In this document: in pieces, positions 24,701 through 26,667 of the stretch
Layout of the letters: every line of letters starts with the position of its first letter
Numbering within the stretch: the stretch's first letter is position 1
The notes under the pieces: generated by a model
The model's database searches: none
Seen by the model: only the letters and a program-made list of their open reading frames with translations
What the model was told of the DNA's origin: nothing
Program-made: the position numbers and the translations under genes
NCBI GenBank assembly: GCA_002245135.1
Contig: NGBS01000608.1
Span: 62,001 to 88,667 of the forward strand
Origin: Proteromonas lacertae
Lineage: Eukaryota
DNA: 26,667 bases
Reading direction: 5' to 3'

Positions 24701-26667
24701 TTTATTAAATACAAATAATAATGAGAATATGAAAATGTTATTATCTAATAGTTATATAAATTATCATTTTAATGAAAATCCATCAAAAGCCATAAATGTT
24801 TATGTAATATCAAAATATTCAAATTCAAAATCTTCAATTTCAAATATTTATATATCAATCACTTCTAAGAGTGATGTTTCACTTTCCAATATAAATGGAT
24901 TTGATTTTAAAAATGATGAAAATAGTTCAAAACTAGATGTAATAGAAAATGTGTATATAGAACATTCTACTTCAATCAGTATAACAAATTCATATAATGA
25001 TGAAAGAATAAAGATAGTTAATGAAAATGACAGTGATGTGAGAGAAAAACCATATAAATATCTAAATGGATTTTATACAATAGATTCAAAATTATACTAT
25101 TCAAAAATGATAAAGTATAATGGAAATAAACTGATAGATGAATATGGAATATTTGAGAATGTGGATATTACATTTAGAAATGATAATTCAATTGAAAAAC
25201 CATCAACAATCAATTCAATATGGATAAGGAATGAAAATCCTTATAGTTTTATTTACACAATCAAACCATATTCACTATATTTCTTATCAAAAGAATCCCA
25301 AGAAGTTACAATCTCAATATCATCATCAACATCTGATTGTATTTCATTTGATTCTAAATCAATTGTTTTAACATCTCCACTTCAAATCAATTATCAATCT
25401 AATAACAAAATTGCAATGAATATAGACAAATGTAATAACAAAGCATATTCTAATCATGAAATAGAAATCAAAGGTTCAGGAAATAGTTATACAAAGTTAT
25501 TAACATTAGAAATAATAAATGATGAAATTAAACCAGAATATGAAACAGATTTGAAAGATAATATAGACTTAGAGAGTGGATTCTATATTCAATTTTCATT
25601 ACCATATCCATCAAAAGTAGAATTAATAAAAGTGATGAATAAAGATAAGAATGAAGAATCAAAAGAATTAATAGTGGTGAATGGAAATGTTGAAATGAAA
25701 TATGAAATGGGTAATTATTTATATAAAATGAACTTGAAAAGTGGAAATGTTTCAATTCCAACAAATGTAGAGTTTATATTGAATGTGATATTCGATTATA
25801 ATGGTTATAAATTGAAGAATTATGAATATAAATATTCAACAATAATACAACCACTATTAGCCAAATCTTTTGAATATCCAAAAAAGTAATTTGTTAGAAA
25901 TGGATGAACAATTTTCAATATCTCCTGAATATGAAGGATATGGAGGTGTATTTTCTATAATAGATCAATCTACCAAATCTTTATTAGAATCTATAGGAAT
26001 AATGTTTGATGAAAATAGTGGAATATTTTCAGGAATACCTAAGAAGGTATATGAAGAAATTGAAGTAGAGTAAAAATGAAGAATTTTAAATATGAATCTA
26101 ATACTAAACTTACCATTACAGTATTTGATAATTCGTTCCATAAATTGATTAGCTCAAATTCTGATAGTATAAACTTACTAAATCTTATACAGTTGATATG
26201 AAATATTGGATAATTCCTGATGCTATTAAATGGAATATATTAGAAGGAAAAAATGAAGATGCAACAATTACTTTGGAGTGTAGAAATACAGATAACATTT
26301 ATTTGATAAAAGAATTGAAAGATAAGATTGTGAAACATTTGAGATTTATAATAAAGATAAAGGAGATGATAATAAATCAAATCAATTATCAATAAAGTCA
26401 AAATCAATGTTTGAATTAATAGAAAGTAGTTATTTATATGATATTGAAGTGGAAATTGAAAATGATTTTGTATTTGAAACAATTGATAATAGTGATAATG
26501 TAAATGGATTATTATTTAATTCAATAACTGACACAACATTATTACATATTGGAATAATAAGTGAAAAATCAATATCAATTGCTCCAAAATATGACAATAC
26601 AATATTTGGTTTAATAAGTGGAAAAATAGACAATAGTGGAAATAATAATAGAATAGTAAGTGGTTGT
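9719..26667 (+). CDS. Giant secreted/surface multi-domain protein (>5600 codons, runs off window): jelly-roll + F5/8-like + Cys-rich units, putative Ig (He_PIG) repeats, PA14-like and GLUG-like domains; exon 1 9719-9752, intron 9753-9782; about 11 frame changes after 19100 (sequence error or recent pseudogene)
   Basis: 30-nt intron yields signal peptide MRLFLCFIISIFLSISGSAA. ORFs 9785, 19099, 20879, 21121, 21257, 21538 (unlisted), 21839, 22182, 25870, 26070 (unlisted), 26198 and ~26358 (unlisted) overlap or abut and share domain types. Recurrent motifs TRYYR..F...YNDG.I...NG.EIFR.NMP...G.NYIGIEIH, HPK.I.IYGS.D....WE, LPxGLxxDxxxGxISG, YGIARMRGYIKIDEDKSYTFSGKSDD. Confidence 0.8.
10301..14690 (+). 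repeat. Four tandem ~1.1-kb coding modules (approx. 10301-11410, 11411-12490, 12491-13597, 13598-14690), each jelly-roll domain + F5/8-like domain + short Cys-rich domain
   Basis: YSDKQP/YTDKPQ, ITRYYR, EIHSYSS, W(F/Y)PF, HPK, GTS(I/V) and RKC/RRC...G.W recur four times in the same order. Confidence 0.9.
12386..13966 (+). repeat. Near-identical direct repeat: 12386-12859 vs 13493-13966 (offset 1107 nt), with a perfect core 12492-12776 = 13599-13883
   Basis: Base-by-base comparison by eye. Confidence 0.92.
23780..26667 (+). repeat. Diverged internal repeat: ~23780-24340 vs ~26130-26667 (GLUG/beta-helix-like module)
   Basis: SKSIFKSIENSYLYDIEMKIEDD...NGLLFNSLTNSILLHVGIISEK...YGLISGKL versus SKSMFELIESSYLYDIEVEIEND...NGLLFNSITDTTLLHIGIISEK...FGLISGKI. 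Confidence 0.85.

Noticed and set aside
19095..26370. Euplotes-type programmed +1 frameshifting, stop-codon reassignment or micro-introns as the cause of the ORF breaks
   Set aside because: No common AAA-TAR or other slippery motif. Frames change rather than read through, and shifts precede the stops. The GT..AG candidates tested (e.g. 20923-20984) do not restore frame.
2375..26633. Short alternative-frame and antisense ORFs in the track (e.g. 2375, 5671, 6300, 6448, 6540, 7682, 12003, 14156, 14442, 16297, 17242, 18510, 22960, 24092, 25528, 26240, 26430)
   Set aside because: All overlap better-supported genes and show the low-complexity I/L/H/F composition expected of shadow frames in AT-rich coding DNA.
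1..26667. Prokaryotic systems, CRISPR arrays, tRNA/rRNA, transposons; Entamoeba or Dictyostelium as source
   Set aside because: Spliceosomal introns and MAD2 show a eukaryote. No repeat-spacer array, RNA gene or transposase motif seen. A mitoribosomal gene argues against Entamoeba, and ~30-nt introns argue against Dictyostelium.

Overview
Very AT-rich eukaryotic nuclear DNA, not prokaryotic. Gene-dense 5' third with tiny spliceosomal introns (18 reconstructed by hand, 28-58 nt, most 28-35 nt). Genes in order: the 3' end of an unknown gene, a secreted EGF/tenascin-repeat protein of the stramenopile mastigoneme (Sig1/Ocm1/Mas) type, MAD2 (minus strand, 5 exons) head-to-head with a mitochondrial ribosomal mS35-like gene, a 73-aa single-TM microprotein missed by the ORF track, and an 11-exon ~874-aa multi-RRM/RS/N-Q-rich protein. 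From 9719 to the window end lies one giant (>5600 codons, 3'-truncated), almost intronless secreted/surface protein gene. It contains repeated jelly-roll, F5/8-like, Cys-rich, putative Ig (He_PIG), PA14-like and GLUG-like modules, and is broken by about 11 indel-type frame changes. Intron size, mitoribosome gene, mastigoneme-type EGF gene and Ig-repeat giant suggest an AT-rich Blastocystis or related opalozoan stramenopile (inference). Most striking observations: all 18 splice donors are GTAT, only one has +5 G, and a perfect CAG|GTAAGT appears unused. The giant gene has an ABAB module array overwritten by a 285-nt perfect internal duplication.
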